A DNA stretch of 62,837 nt, filler included, from Choristocarpus tenellus KU-1152 (GCA_964200185.2; 9 parts of 9 records of this genome joined end to end with filler, not necessarily neighbours in it), one strand, 5' to 3'. Counted from the first letter of the whole stretch, positions 37,782 to 50,700 are shown. Program-made: numbers and translations. Notes: generated by a model not told the origin, from the sequence alone.

Positions 37782-40111
37782 TATTAGCTTTCCCAAGCCA
37801 TATTTGCACCAAGTGTGGTGGACATGCTCATGATACAACATGTACTTCAGTGTTTATGACCACGGTGGTAGCTGGGGAAGAAAAGGACGAGACCGAGGCG
37901 GAATCATCCCACATTACTGTGGAAAGTGTGATCAGCAGTGGCGACAACAAGCAGCAGTACATACTACTGGCCACCACTGAAGAATATCTGAGCAGCAATG
38001 CTCAAGGCAAGTGTGGGGTAAATGAGTGTCTGGTGTCAAGTGTTGGGGTGCACAAAGAGAAGAGTGGATTTGAGACAACGCGGCCTCATGTCATCACATG
38101 ACTAACATGAAAACATGCTTGACCAACTACAAGCCTTGTGTAGTTGATCGAAGGATAGTTACTGCCAGTCAGAACTCCTTCCACATCGCAGGTCATGGGG
38201 ATCTAACTCTCTTGTTTCCCTCGCGTAACAATAAGGAAGTGGAAATACTACCCCAAAATGTCGCTCATGTCCCAAATCTTGGATTTAACCTCTTAACAAG
38301 CTGCAGCAGATATGGGTGCAAAATGTACTGGCACAGCTTGTACATTATCGAGTTTAGGTAGAAAACTCGTTTTCAAGAGAATTCCTGATTTTCACTACAC
38401 CCTGCACAGTCAACATATTTTGCCGTGGCTGTCTAAAATCACTGATACGGCTTTCAAAGCTATCATCACCCCCTCACACACACACACAAACAACTCTGCC
38501 TCCCACACTGAGGTAGACATTAACCATTTCCATCACGCTTATGGCCATATTCATGAGACTTTGTTCAAGTCCATTGTGTCTTCAATAGAGATTACATGGT
38601 GGGGAAGTTGGAGGCATGTGCCAGCTGCTCAATGAGCAAAGGCATACGGAAGGAGATCCCGCCCAGCACGTCTTCATAGACGGTGAGAAAACTGGGGCAG
38701 CTTTTTGTCGATCTAAGCAGCAAGAGGGCTACCCTTTCACTTGGCGGTAAGCGTTGTACCATGATAATTCGGGACGACTTTTCTCGTTTTGTTTGGATGT
38801 ATTTCCTTTGTCTTTTATGTCGGATGCTGCCGAAGCCTTGAAGAAGTTCCTGGCTGATATCTAGGCTGGTGGTACTCCCTTTCGGGTCATGTGCATGCAG
38901 TCTGATAGTGAGGGGGAGTTTTATGAGGGTGCTTTCCGTGCTCTTTGCCATGAGCGTGGGATGAAACAGGAGTTTACATCTGCAAACAGNNNNNNNNNNN
39001 NNNNNNNNNNNNNNNNNNNNNNNNNNNNNNNNNTTAATTAATTAANNNNNNNNNNNNNNNNNNNNNNNNNNNNNNNNNNNNNNNNNNNNCTCATTAAAAA
39101 ATGGGAGGGGGGGGGATACAGTTGCTAGGGATGGCGATAGTGCCCTGGCTGAGGGGGTGGGTGGGGATGATGGCAAGAGTGAGAGCGTTGGTGAGAGCAA
39201 ACACAAGGAGGGAAGTGTGGGGGTTGAGACAGCCGGGAAAACCTTGACTATTGGTGATATGAAAGTGGAAGAGGAGGCAGTGACACGTTGGTTGTCAGGA
39301 GAAGCAAGGAAGAAGGCAAGGGTGGAGGAAACCCAGGCATGTTCCCAATAGGTGAGACCTTACAGAGACACCAAGAGTGACAACAAAGTTGGATTGCAAG
39401 AATGGAGTAGTGTTCTTCTCACCCCACCTCTGATGATGATTATCTTAGCATCCACCTCTAGGCAAGACTTGTGAGTACATTGAAACTTGAGAAATTGTTC
39501 GTTTGTCCTGAATTCTATTGCAATATCGGAGTTCCAGTTGCAGGACTATTCTCTTCATGATGATTTTCGAGTTGTCCACAACATTTCTAATGTCTTGTTG
39601 ATCTTTCCAGAGTCCTTTTTTCTTCTTAATATTCCTGGCAGTAAAGCTATTCCTTCACTTCAGTGTTGCACCTCCGGAGGTGCTGAGATGTGTTCAGCTT
39701 TGCCCCGGCATGTGCCCCAAGCATGTATATGCCTACTACGTGAGAAGGGTTCGATTATGTCAATTTGGAGGCTATTCATCTACTAGGCCCTGTGCGATAT
39801 TTCAGCACTCTGACAAAGTTGTGGGCTGCATTTTGTAGATTCATAGTTTATGATCTTCAAATGCAGGTATTTGGTGGAGACATTTGATTGGGTGTCACGT
39901 TGTGCTATATACGTGGGTAAAGGTTTTGATTGGACGTCACATGCTGCAATTGACCATGTTCTTGAGCAAAATTGAACTTGTATTTACCTGGTGTGACATG
40001 TGAGATAGCACCTCTTCATCAATGAAGGCGCTCTGATCTATGGAGTTTCTGCATTTGTCAATAACGTCTTTGAAGAATCTAGTCCGAGCTACCTTAGAAA
40101 AATATGCCGTT

Positions 40112-40467
40112 GCAGTGAACAGGAGAGATCCCCTGTCTTTGGGAGGCAACACTGTCCTTGGGGAACCCCCACTGTCATACTTTTTTCCACTTCTTGGGGT
40201 TAGGGTTAGGTTTAGGGTTGGGGTTAGGGTGAGGATTGGAGTTAGATTTTCGAAAATGAGCGTGAAAAAATAAAAATTGGTGTATCCTCGAGAGGTTATG
40301 GTTCGCTAGTGCATACTATAGTGCTTCTTCTAGAATGGTTAGGGTTAGGGTTAGGGCTAGGTTTCAAAAATGCATGCAAAGAAGAAAAAAAAAATATTAC
40401 AGTGGGTGTTCCCCAAGAATAGTAGGGTCTCTCAGCGACAGGGGATCATCTCCCCTTACACTGCACC
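40112..40467. mobile_element. hAT-like MITE (family D) with internal TTAGGG tracts
   Basis: ~75-bp imperfect TIRs (GCAGTGAACAGGAGAGATCCCCTGTC... / ...GACAGGGGATCATCTCCCCTTACACTGC); 8-bp TSD ATGCCGTT (40104-11, 40468-75); TTAGGG-like runs at ~40196-40243 and 40337-40362. Confidence 0.8.
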
Positions 40468-41693
40468 ATGCCGTTACTACACCATACCTGTTGACGTGGT
40501 CTTGATCATGAGCAGAGGTGGACAAATCTTTTGCTCCAAGATGCAGATCAGATCTCGTAGACCCTACCTCTTCTTGTGTCATCTTAGTACAAATGTGATG
40601 TAGAAGAGGTGGCATGGTTGCAAGGCCAAGGTGCTATTGTAGTATATACACATACCAGGTACTTCATAACACATTGTACATATGGACAGCATGTAGATAT
40701 CATTGGTCATTTTGACAAGTCTTGCTCTCCGGGTACTATAGGCAATGATTTCAGGATTTTCCTCTGACTGCAACCATCTAAACAAAGACTGATCGGTCAG
40801 TGGCCAAATGCCGATCTTCTTGTCCTACCAAGTTCCATCCTTCAACACGCAAGGATGTGTGATCGTGGCAAAAATAATCAGTTTTTACAAGTGCGACTTG
40901 CTTGTGATTGAGGGCACTTTGGTGGTGCTTCCCCAGGGATAAGGAGACCCTAAAATGCAGTTGGAAATAAAATGCAGTTGGAAATTGGGTCAAACCACTC
41001 TTTGTCCAGGTGGGCCTGGTCAACATAGGTTTGTAGATGTACCCATTGCCTTTTTTTCAGGATGTTTGTTGCCCATGGTGAAGGCCATCTTATTGATCTG
41101 CTGTTGCTCAGAGAGGGAGGGTTTGATGACCCTTCAATGTAGTTTCACCCCCTTCTCCAGAGTGTACCTACCTCCTCACCTTCCATCTGGTGACATTGGC
41201 CTTCCCGGCCCATCTCCTCTCACTGTTCAGGGATTGCTTCAATCTTGTCAAGCTCCTCTTAGAAGAGTGCGCACTTGGTTGTATCCCTTGCAGTGGGAGG
41301 CTATGCTATGCCCATGTCCGGTCCATCATCAAGGCACAGGGGTATTACTCTCACCAATAGATCCAACATGCTTGGAGCCTTTCCACACTTGGACCACGAT
41401 AGCCTTTCCTCACCATGACGTGTATCTGGTTGTTTGCCTCATCAGTTTCTCAGTTACTTGCCAAAGCCCTAGCACAGCCTGAACTTGTTGAGAACAGCAC
41501 CTGCACACTTGTGAGGGGGAGTTTTCATTTGCTAATTTTGCCAAAGTTTGGTGTGTGTTGGTTGGTGCAGTAAATCTTGAGAGTCTGAAATTTTAGTGTT
41601 TTGTAGTTGTGCTCCTAAATAGCAAGTCAATCGACCGATACTGTAGAGACCTTTCTTGTTGTAGGCCTAATTTTGGCATCTCACAATAGGGTT

Positions 41694-41744
41694 CTCTGAG
41701 TTGGCCAACGCTCTGAGTTGACCAACGCTCTGAGTTGGTCAACG
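41694..41744. repeat. Three 17-bp tandem repeats CTCTGAGTTG(G/A)(C/T)CAACG
   Basis: Direct reading; each unit has a GTTGNNCAAC palindrome. Confidence 0.85.
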
Positions 41745-42154
41745 CCATTCTCGACAACATTAATCCAGACATTTGAGACCGGGTTAGTTGGAAAGCTGAC
41801 AATTTGAAGTTAAAAAATCATGCGTATCATTTGAGAACATGAAATTTGATCGGTTTTGATGCCTAAGGTGTGTACTCTAGAGCCTGAGTGGTTGAACTAA
41901 TGCACCAAAGGGAGTATTGTTTTTGTTTTGTGCAAGGTCAAGGAGGAGCTTCGGGGGGGGGGCAAGCAGCGGGAATGAGTTTTGAAAATGTTACTTGACT
42001 TGATTAGAAAATTGGACTTGATTAGAAAATACAAAACTGAAAATGTTTTCAGATCAAACAATACAATCCAGGGACACAACAAACCAAATGCTTTGATTCA
42101 ACGAACACGAATCATTGCAATTAATGATTAATTAAAGTTACCTTTGGTTGGGGC

Positions 42155-42240
42155 TGTAGAGTGTAGACTGTTGACTGTAGACTGTAGACTGTTGACTGTT
42201 GACTGTTGACTGTAGACTGTAGAGTGTAGAGTGTAGACTG
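42155..42240. repeat. Heptamer minisatellite (TGTAGAC/TGTTGAC)n
   Basis: Direct reading. Confidence 0.85.
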
Positions 42241-45091
42241 AGAATGCTGAGCGTTTATGGATCCATAGGGACCAAGATTTTGTGTGTAAGGGATATGGGA
42301 AGAAATGTAACAGACCCACCAATTGAAAAACTGAAGTATACCATGTAACCAAGCGAAATCCTTCTGGTCCTGTAGCATGCCCTCCCTTACTCCATGGTCT
42401 TGGTATGACTCTCAATTAGATATATTGGACCTGATTGATGATTGTGCAAGCAATGTATAGGTACAGCATGCCTCCGCTGGGCAACCTGTGTACTGCATGA
42501 TTGCATGGTACTCACAAGCAATGGTCTCTAGCAGGAGTCACAAGAGGAATCTGAAGGCTATAGATCTGGTCTATATGCTTCAATTCCTTCGGCAGTCGCC
42601 CTAAAAACAGCAAAGGATTTGGTGTCCTTGCCTATGACAAAGTACTAGTCCGTGGTGATTGGGGATTGCTTTTGGTATATTTGGTTACTTGATTCACAAG
42701 CTTGCCTCTTGCCCTTGCCCTTGCCCCCTTTCCCTTGCTTGTGCCAAATGCAGCCCATTCAAAGATTCCCTCGGGAGGGAGGAGGGCAGTCCGTCTATTA
42801 ATCAGTTTGAAAGTACTTGACTTGTTCTTACTGCTGTGTGCACCAATTGTACCATGTGGTACCTGAACACTTGTACAATGGAAACATTGGCACATTCTCG
42901 TCTAATATCACACAATTGGTTCATCATAGTTTTATTTTCATCCATTTTAGGGGATTTCTCACAATCTTGATTGTTCACTATTTGCACTTTTCGATTTATA
43001 TGTTTACCTGAAATCTGATTGCACCATGTTTCACTTTTTTTGTTTTGTTTTGGAAAAGCTCTTGGGGAGGGCAGGGAGGGTTACTTAGTGCTTTATTTTG
43101 TACCCCTTTTATGTGACATTTAGTGTCCCATGATGTGGGTACATCAACCTTGCATATATACCCCAAGCGTGTGGTACGTGTAGTCTACTACGCCGACACC
43201 ACTATTGACCTTACTCCCACAATTTACCCAATAGAATACAATCCATCTGCCCTCTCACCCCATCCTGTGTCATAGTGGCTCTCCCACAATACCAAGAATG
43301 GTTCTCACTGTTGTACCAACTACTGTAAATATGTAGTGCTACTGAGTCATTTGCAGGACGTTTCAGCCGTCTGGGCAGTTAGTGTGTCCACTGTTGACCA
43401 TAGGGCTGTGGCCTGCCCCATTACCTGGTTATGTTGAAACGGTTGATGGTCATGGCCTTGACTATGTTTGAAGTTGGTTGTACAGGGCTGGGCGGTGGCC
43501 TGTTTATGTTGAAGTGGTGACCGTCATAAAATCGGCTGTGTTAGATAGAACATTTTATCTATGACCGGCTTGGTGAAATATATTTGACGCTTGGGCCGAC
43601 CACTTCATCGCACCCCATTGACTCTAGATGTTGATGTCATATTAAGGGCATGTTGTATGTGCTACCTTTTTTTTTGGTTCTAAATGAAATCTTTAGTTAA
43701 GATTTTCTTTTCAGAATTTTGTTAACGTTGTTTTCCGAGAAACGTTTTTTTTTAATGTCCTCCCATATCTGTTTTTGTGTCAATGCACTAGCACAGGAAG
43801 ATCCAATATGTGTATGTTCCGCTGACATATGTAAGCATCCCTTTTTTGAAAAAGATATTTGAAAAAGAAAATTCCTTCAACCCATTTACGCAAAATTGTT
43901 GAATCTCAACCCACGTTTGTTGCTAGTTCCAACTATTCCAACCATTCCCACCCGAAAAGCCCACAAGATTCAAACCCTAACACTTATTTCTGGATGGGGT
44001 AACTCTCACCGAAATCAACAGAGTATTTTTATGTCTATGTTAGTATTTATATGTCTATGTTGGTATTTATATGTTTATATTAGTAAATGTCTACGGTGTA
44101 CTTTACGGTTATTAGTTGACAAAATAACCAAAATGACCTCACTATGTGAAGTAAGTCAAGTAGCTTGAAGGAACCATTAATTTTTTGCTAAAGAGTACAA
44201 TTTTTCTGTTGGTGTGGCCAAATGAATCGAACAAGTCTAAATGAGTGAGACTGGTCTGGGAGTAGATACGTTTGACCTGTGGAATGGACTAAGACAACAT
44301 CTATTGGGCATGGCCCAGACGTGTCGGAAAAAGTTGGACTGGGCAGCCGACATGATCCGGACATGTTACACAATGTTAGACCTGGTCCAGCTGATGGATA
44401 TGGTCTGAACATGTTTGACAGTGTTAGACCCAGTCTAGCTGGCAGTCTGTCAAACATTGGCCATCACAGTACAAAGTGGATATAGACTGAGATACAAGGT
44501 ATTTATATTTATTGTGGGACTCGTCCGAGTGGAAGATGAAGTGATTAAGATTAAGGTATTTACTTGGATGAAATGAGGCTAAACTATGGCCACATGTCAT
44601 TTAAGGAAACTGTGAAGAATGCTTTTGAGCTCAATCGTTGATGTCATTGATTTGCTGCATCAATTGTTATGAATCATATCTTCTTGATAGGCCCACATCC
44701 TAAATATATATATATATATGTAAATATAAATATAATAAGGAATTCCTCTTGACACACAGTGTTACTGAGTCAAAGTAAAAAAGAGGTACCCAAGGTCGCA
44801 TTTTAAGGATGCTAAGAATTTTGTACAAAATTCGACTTTTTACAAATGTGTATAGGAAATTTGATTCATACTGTTGGAATCTTTTAATAATAGAGGAATA
44901 AAAACTCTCATGTTGATCTTGACACTTCAACCATAGAAACAAGGACGAGTTCTCAAAGATATACAAGTGGCTTGAAGTACAAAATGGCAAAAACCTGGGT
45001 ACCTCCTGTTTACTTCGACTTTTTCTGCACATTATCCACTATTAATAATGTCCAGTTTATTGTCTTCACTCTCTCACCACTCTCCATCTCC

Positions 45092-45124
<33 letters not shown>

Positions 45125-45659
45125 AAAACAAAACAACCACCACACCACTTCATCTNNNNNNNNNNTTTTTCTTCACATTCCCCCCTATTAATAATTCCCA
45201 ATTTTTTTTCTTCCCCCCCCCCCCCCCCCCCCTCCCCCCCCCCCCCCCCCCCCACACGCACTCAATGCTCAAATTCATCAACATCGCCAGCAATGTTGTC
45301 TAGCTGCCAAGGCTGCATTGCTATGGTGGCTGTTCATGCCTGTACATTGCTCTGGAGGTGACTTCTGTGCATCAAGGATCTATCTTAATTTTGTTGGTTG
45401 GGGGTACCAACTTAAGGCAGAACTCTACCGCTATGGGAGAGCACATTGCCCCACACACTGATTTCTAGTTTCTTTGTGTAGGTTTTTGAAATTTATTGTC
45501 TGTATTCTCTGTTCCGTGTTTTATGTATTTGCTCTGTGCGTTGTGTGCTGATGGCAGTTTATGCCTTTGAGTTGGAGTGGGTAGGTTTTGTGTTTAGTGG
45601 CAGGCATTTTTTGATATGTACTCTTGTGTCTTGTGGACTCCAAACAATATCAATCTTCA

Positions 45660-45916
45660 GAGCCAAAGTATCTTAGAGGGTAGAGTCGTGTCCATTTGGA
45701 GGTCAAAATCCAATGTTGCAATTTTGATGCAATTTTGGCTATCGTATTTGCTAGGAAGTGTCAATATCCTTGTTCCGGACACACCTTTTCGTAACATATA
45801 CATTTTACCTACTCCGAAATATTTTGGAGTAGAAAAATATCATAAAATAACCATGGGAAGCCAAGCCCCAAATGGACAAATAGGGCGAACTCATACCCTC
45901 TAAGATACTTTCACTC
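45660..45916 (+). mobile_element. MITE family A, full copy
   Basis: TIRs; 3-bp TSD TCA (45657-59, 45917-19). Confidence 0.92.
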
Positions 45917-47621
45917 TCAAAGTATTATTATTTATGTTGATTTTATGACAACCACATCCAACTTGGATGGTAGTGTGCTCTGGTGTATGCTGTGTACCCG
46001 ATTATCTTTTGTGTTATTATCACTGCGCTTCAACTAATCTCCAACCTAATTGCTTAGAAAGGATTATCATGTGTTGTTTTATTGATGCTCAATCTTGTCT
46101 TGTACCATCATACAGGATGTACAACAGTGTAAAAAGAGTCGAAAATCTCTTGAGATGGTTGAGCTGACATGAAAGCTGTCAACAGGAGGTTGACAAGTGA
46201 ATTGCATGATGGGCCAAGAAGGAAGTAGTGTAGGAGAAACAGCAGTGGTAGATTGTGGAAAAAGTGAAGTGGATTGGAATGAAGGCAGGGGCCCTACAAA
46301 GGAGCCAGAGAAATGCACTGGTGGGGTTAACTTCATTTCCTGACAGACATCAACGAATTGAGTATTTCTGGTAGAATATATTTTCATTCTTGCAGGTCGG
46401 TGATTTCATGAGAGTGAATGTGGAATGGAGGATTTAAGGGTTGTTGAAAGACAATACCACCCTATTTTTGGCTCATTGCTGAAGACAGAAGACAGACGAC
46501 CTTTTTGATGTTTGTGCTGGTGATTTCTATGAGTCCCCAATCTTGCTGATGTCATATGACCAAGGTTGGTTTTATGGAGCGAGGTTTGTTGAACAGGTGG
46601 GATGTAATGCATCTCTTCATTCATCCGTACTACTCTACAGTGGCCACTCCTGTGAAAACTTGTTTTACACTCTACAATGCCTTTACTATTTGCCGAGAAA
46701 ATGCCCATCATGATGGAGAACTGGCGCACACAAAGGGTGAAGGAGAGTTTTCCTACTTTGCAGCTCACTTTGCTTATTATGTATCTTGGTATTGATCCAC
46801 TCTTAATACGTCAGAATATTTCTGCACCTTATCTGAAGATGTTGCCCGTATTATTTTGTATTTGTATTACTGTAGAGCGCACTGTTGTAACCAGCTCAAA
46901 ACACAATACTTTCAACTTTGATCTGCCTCTCTCACCCCCTCAATCCGAACATAGAACTAAGGAGGGTTAATCCATCGATCTATCGCGGTACAGGTGAAGT
47001 TACTATTATCTTTTTGTCTCTTCAGCATCAGAATTATCTTGGACCTTGGTTAGAGGCACTGAGATACACACACACTGCACGACTTTCTCATACTAATCAC
47101 TAACGGTTGCACTACTAATACGACTAATTTTACTACCGCTTTTCCTGCCTTGATTCTTGCGGGTTGGGTTTAGTTTTCCCACCCCCTGTTGCTCTATCTC
47201 CTCCCTCGAATTTTGTGCTAGACCCGCCTCAAAACTTCCACCTCGACCTTTGTCGGGCGTTTTTTGTGGTGAAGCAGCAGACAGGATAGTATAGGTGTAC
47301 AGTTGCTGTACTTACCACAATCTTGACCAGGACCTTTGAAATCAAATTTCCGCGAAAAAACGTCTGACGTCGGGGTTTAAACCCTTGAAATTCATTTTGG
47401 TAACCCCCACCTTGAGTAGTCCCCACTTTCCCTACTGAGAAACAACAGGGGGCCCATATATAGTTGTACAATAAGTTCGTCGTAGTGGTCGTGACGTGGA
47501 CTTTGAATGATCATCCCAAAACAGATTTCCATGGAATCCACCCTGCCTTCTAGTCCACAAACTCCTCTGAAGCGAACAGGGGCTACCTACCTACCACACG
47601 AGGAATGGTAGTTAGGAAGTG

Positions 47622-47627
47622 AAAAAA
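47622..47627 (-). terminator. RNA Pol III oligo-dT terminator of the tRNA gene
   Basis: T6 run ~10 nt downstream of the tRNA on the minus strand. Confidence 0.7.
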
Positions 47628-47636
47628 GAAAGTGTT

Positions 47637-47708
47637 AGCTCCCACTGAGAGTCGAACTCAGGACCTGCAGCTTACTAAGCTGACGCTCTACCACTGAGCT
47701 ATAGGAGC
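47637..47708 (-). tRNA. tRNA-Thr(AGU)
   Basis: GCTCCTATAGCTCAGTGGTAGAGCGTCAGCTTAGTAAGCTGCAGGTCCTGAGTTCGACTCTCAGTGGGAGCT folds as a cloverleaf (acceptor GCTCCTA/TGGGAGC, D arm GCTC/GAGC, anticodon AGT, T arm CTGAG-TTCGACT-CTCAG); no encoded CCA. Confidence 0.95.
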
Positions 47709-50700
47709 TCCTCCAATACATCTCACCATATGTTACATGTAGAGACTGGGGTAACATACAGTTTCTCACGATATATATGTCCGTATTCGGAAAGCGTAAC
47801 ACTTCGCATAACTTTTCGTTCCGACGATACACATGACAAGGCACTACCTGGACATAAAGGAGATTCTCCCCAAAAGTCGTACTTTCGTGGGAGCTGGGTT
47901 AGGCAAGTTCAACGCATGTTTGTGTACAAAATCATTTTTTTGTTAATTTTTGTACCGTGGAACATGTCCGATCCATGGTCAGGTGCACTTAATGCTGCAC
48001 TAACACTTTTTAGAAATCACGAACTAACTGTTGACTCACTTAAACGGACTGTACTGCCTCATATTAGGTTCAGCCATCATACTGCCGATTTGTGATACGA
48101 AAAGTGAACAACAACAGTCAGTCCCACTCATATAATCATTGTCATTGTTGCACTCGATATGGCCATCCTCCTGTCTGCTGTACCATTGTCTATGTATTGG
48201 ACTAGAGCATCCTAGAGGGGAGTTAGGCGTCCATTCCGGACCTCCTTAGCCATGTTGTGATTTCATGTCATTTGAGTGAACATGTCAGATGCAAGGGTAA
48301 TTTCCTTCTCTTTGGTGCTTGCTCCTTTTCTATAGATAGGAATAAAACCGATAAACAGGCATCAAAATAAACGACCTGGGCTAGCCCCCCCTCCCCTCTA
48401 CGGTACTGTAGGCCATTTTATTTCAACCATCATAGCAGGGAGGGACTAGATTTATCCTTCCCACTCTTCTTCTTGCACTGTAGTTGAAATGGGATCCCTA
48501 TGTATGCGATACATATACTCCCACAAAATAATAGTGATGACTAGGGGGTAGTGGGTGAGATCAAGTGGGTGAGACATGTATATATTTTGGTATGTTAATT
48601 CTACCATCTAACCACTCTCCAACAGCAGGAATCAATGCCAAACATATTCCTTCTTAGGCAGGCTATTTTTTTTTACTATTCTGTTTTCTTTCAATTCCTA
48701 GTCAACACAATATCCGATCGTGCGTTTGCATACTACTACTAATATTAACAATATTCACACCATAGGGAAGATGTGTATATTCATATGAAAACTACACGAC
48801 CAACTGTGGCGATGTGTACACTTGCTCAAACAATAGCATTACATAAAAAAAATCAGCGTTAGGGGTGGTCACCATCAGGTTCCTTGTGAGGTTTACGCCG
48901 TGTTGGACATGTCAATGCCAGGGATATGACAATCACAACCCTAGTGTGGGTCAAAACAGAGCGGCCTTCCATATGATTAAAAAAAAAATATGATAGGTGA
49001 ACACGACTTGCTATGCGTATTGACACCTGATTCTACAATGCGATCTCATCCCTCCGTTACTTAGGCAACTTATTATTAGTGAATATACAAATTGTCACTG
49101 TTGCAAATGTTACCTCTGAAAACATCCTTTTCACATTCTTAGATCGAAGTTTTACAAGTGTGACAATCTGACACGTTCACTAGTGTTTCAGAGTATTAAG
49201 AGAATTGGCTCTTCCGATTTGATCGTTGTGCCTACTCTCTAATTTCTTCTGAATGGTTTAATGCTACTACTGTGATTTTGTTTTTCTTACATTTTTTCGG
49301 AACACAATGTTCGTCCTAGACACACTCCATAGTAGTTACAGCAGTCGTTGTAGTAGTATTAGTAGTAGTGGTAGCGTTGTATGTGAACGATTGCCTGTCA
49401 CCTCACCAATTCCTCATCTACCTATAACTGTTCTTTTTTGGTAAGCATGACCAAAAACTGTACACTAGTGTAAGAGGATACAAGTAAGCCTGCATGGATG
49501 GAGACCTGACTGGCGGATCAAATAATGCCTTTGGGGGCTCACGTAGAAATCCCAACATGTCAAAAGAAGCAAAAGCTTGGTCGTTCATTGCGACTCTTCT
49601 ATCATACATATTTCTATGTGGAGATAGTGCAATATGCAATTCAAAATCTCCAGATTGGGATTATTAGCATGACTCACCAAATATTTTCAGACGTTTGGAA
49701 GGAAATGCTCTACTATTTCGTTGTATATCATTTTAGAATCAATAAATTGTCCATGGATGGGGGGTATAGTGGAGTTGCAGGTATCATCTGTGGGAAAGTC
49801 TTCTTGTCATATTTTCACTTATTTATCCTTCTACTCTCACACCCATGACAATAGCTCTCTATAGCTCTATCCAGAGATTCCCATCTCCCACAGTCACAAC
49901 AATCAAACAGAACACGATGTATTTTCAGTACAGAAATGAGGGGTCAGGTACAAGATTGAAAATACCTTAATAATTCTTTATTTGGATCGGCTAAAACCTC
50001 CCTCCCTCCAGGATATTTTGAACATTTCCAAAAATTGTACGTCAGTTGGGCTCTCTTGGTAGGATGATTGCATGTAGGCTTCCTTCAAGAGTCCTAAACC
50101 TATCTGACCAGTTAATGTGCAGTTGCACACAATTGATTACATTTCAATTTTTTTGACGAAAGTATAGGATATTACATAGGTATTGAACTATGTATTTTAA
50201 GTAAGCAATCGTAAGGATAAGAATAATAGCAGAGTCTGTTTGATTGTTTACTTTGGTGCAGAAAAGCTTGTAGAATTGGAAACATGTCATCACACTGGAT
50301 GGTCAATTTTATGCCTGAGAACTCTATTGGATAAAGGAATGGAGCTCCTTGTATGGGTCTATATCATCATGTGCGTGGCAGGGGGGACAGAGAAGAAGAG
50401 GTGCGATGGTGGTAGTAAACCAGAAGTGGGAAGGAGTACTAAAACTTTATTATTATTCTGGAAAAAAACGAGAAAAAAGTTTAACAAGAAAAAAAACTTT
50501 TGCAAAAACTAACGCAGTACAAAATAACTCCAAATAGTTAGGTAGAGTGTATCAGAATCGAGGGGCAACATCAGAGCTCACCCCAGCATGATAATTCCCA
50601 AACACCATACACAAAAATCTTGACAGCCTACAGCTACGTTTCCATGTGACCGACCAATCATTCTTACAAATCAGTGGAACTCATCATGCGGTGACTTGAC

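Larger units (their letters stand above)
36400..38989 (+). mobile_element. Degenerate Ty1/Copia LTR retrotransposon (gag-PR-IN), cut by contig end
   Basis: Gag LLQFLSALGSDCNVEVR; zinc knuckles CERCGKSGHEEVAC and CTKCGGHAHDTTC; protease EWI*DNAASCHHMT; GAG-pre-integrase FHHAYGHIHE and CASCSMSKG; integrase LFVDLS...SLGGKRCTMIIRDDFSRFVWMYFL and QSDSEGEFYEGAFRALCHERGMKQEFTS. Confidence 0.9.

Noticed and set aside
45084-45255. Poly-Pro/Gly ORFs
   Set aside because: Low-quality poly-C runs around a 10-N gap.
46200-46800. Possible piggyBac or Fanzor/TnpB remnant
   Set aside because: No RuvC, zinc-finger or DDD motifs found in the frames examined.
48200-48414. Ancient MITE A/B-like copy
   Set aside because: Too degraded to define TIR or TSD reliably.
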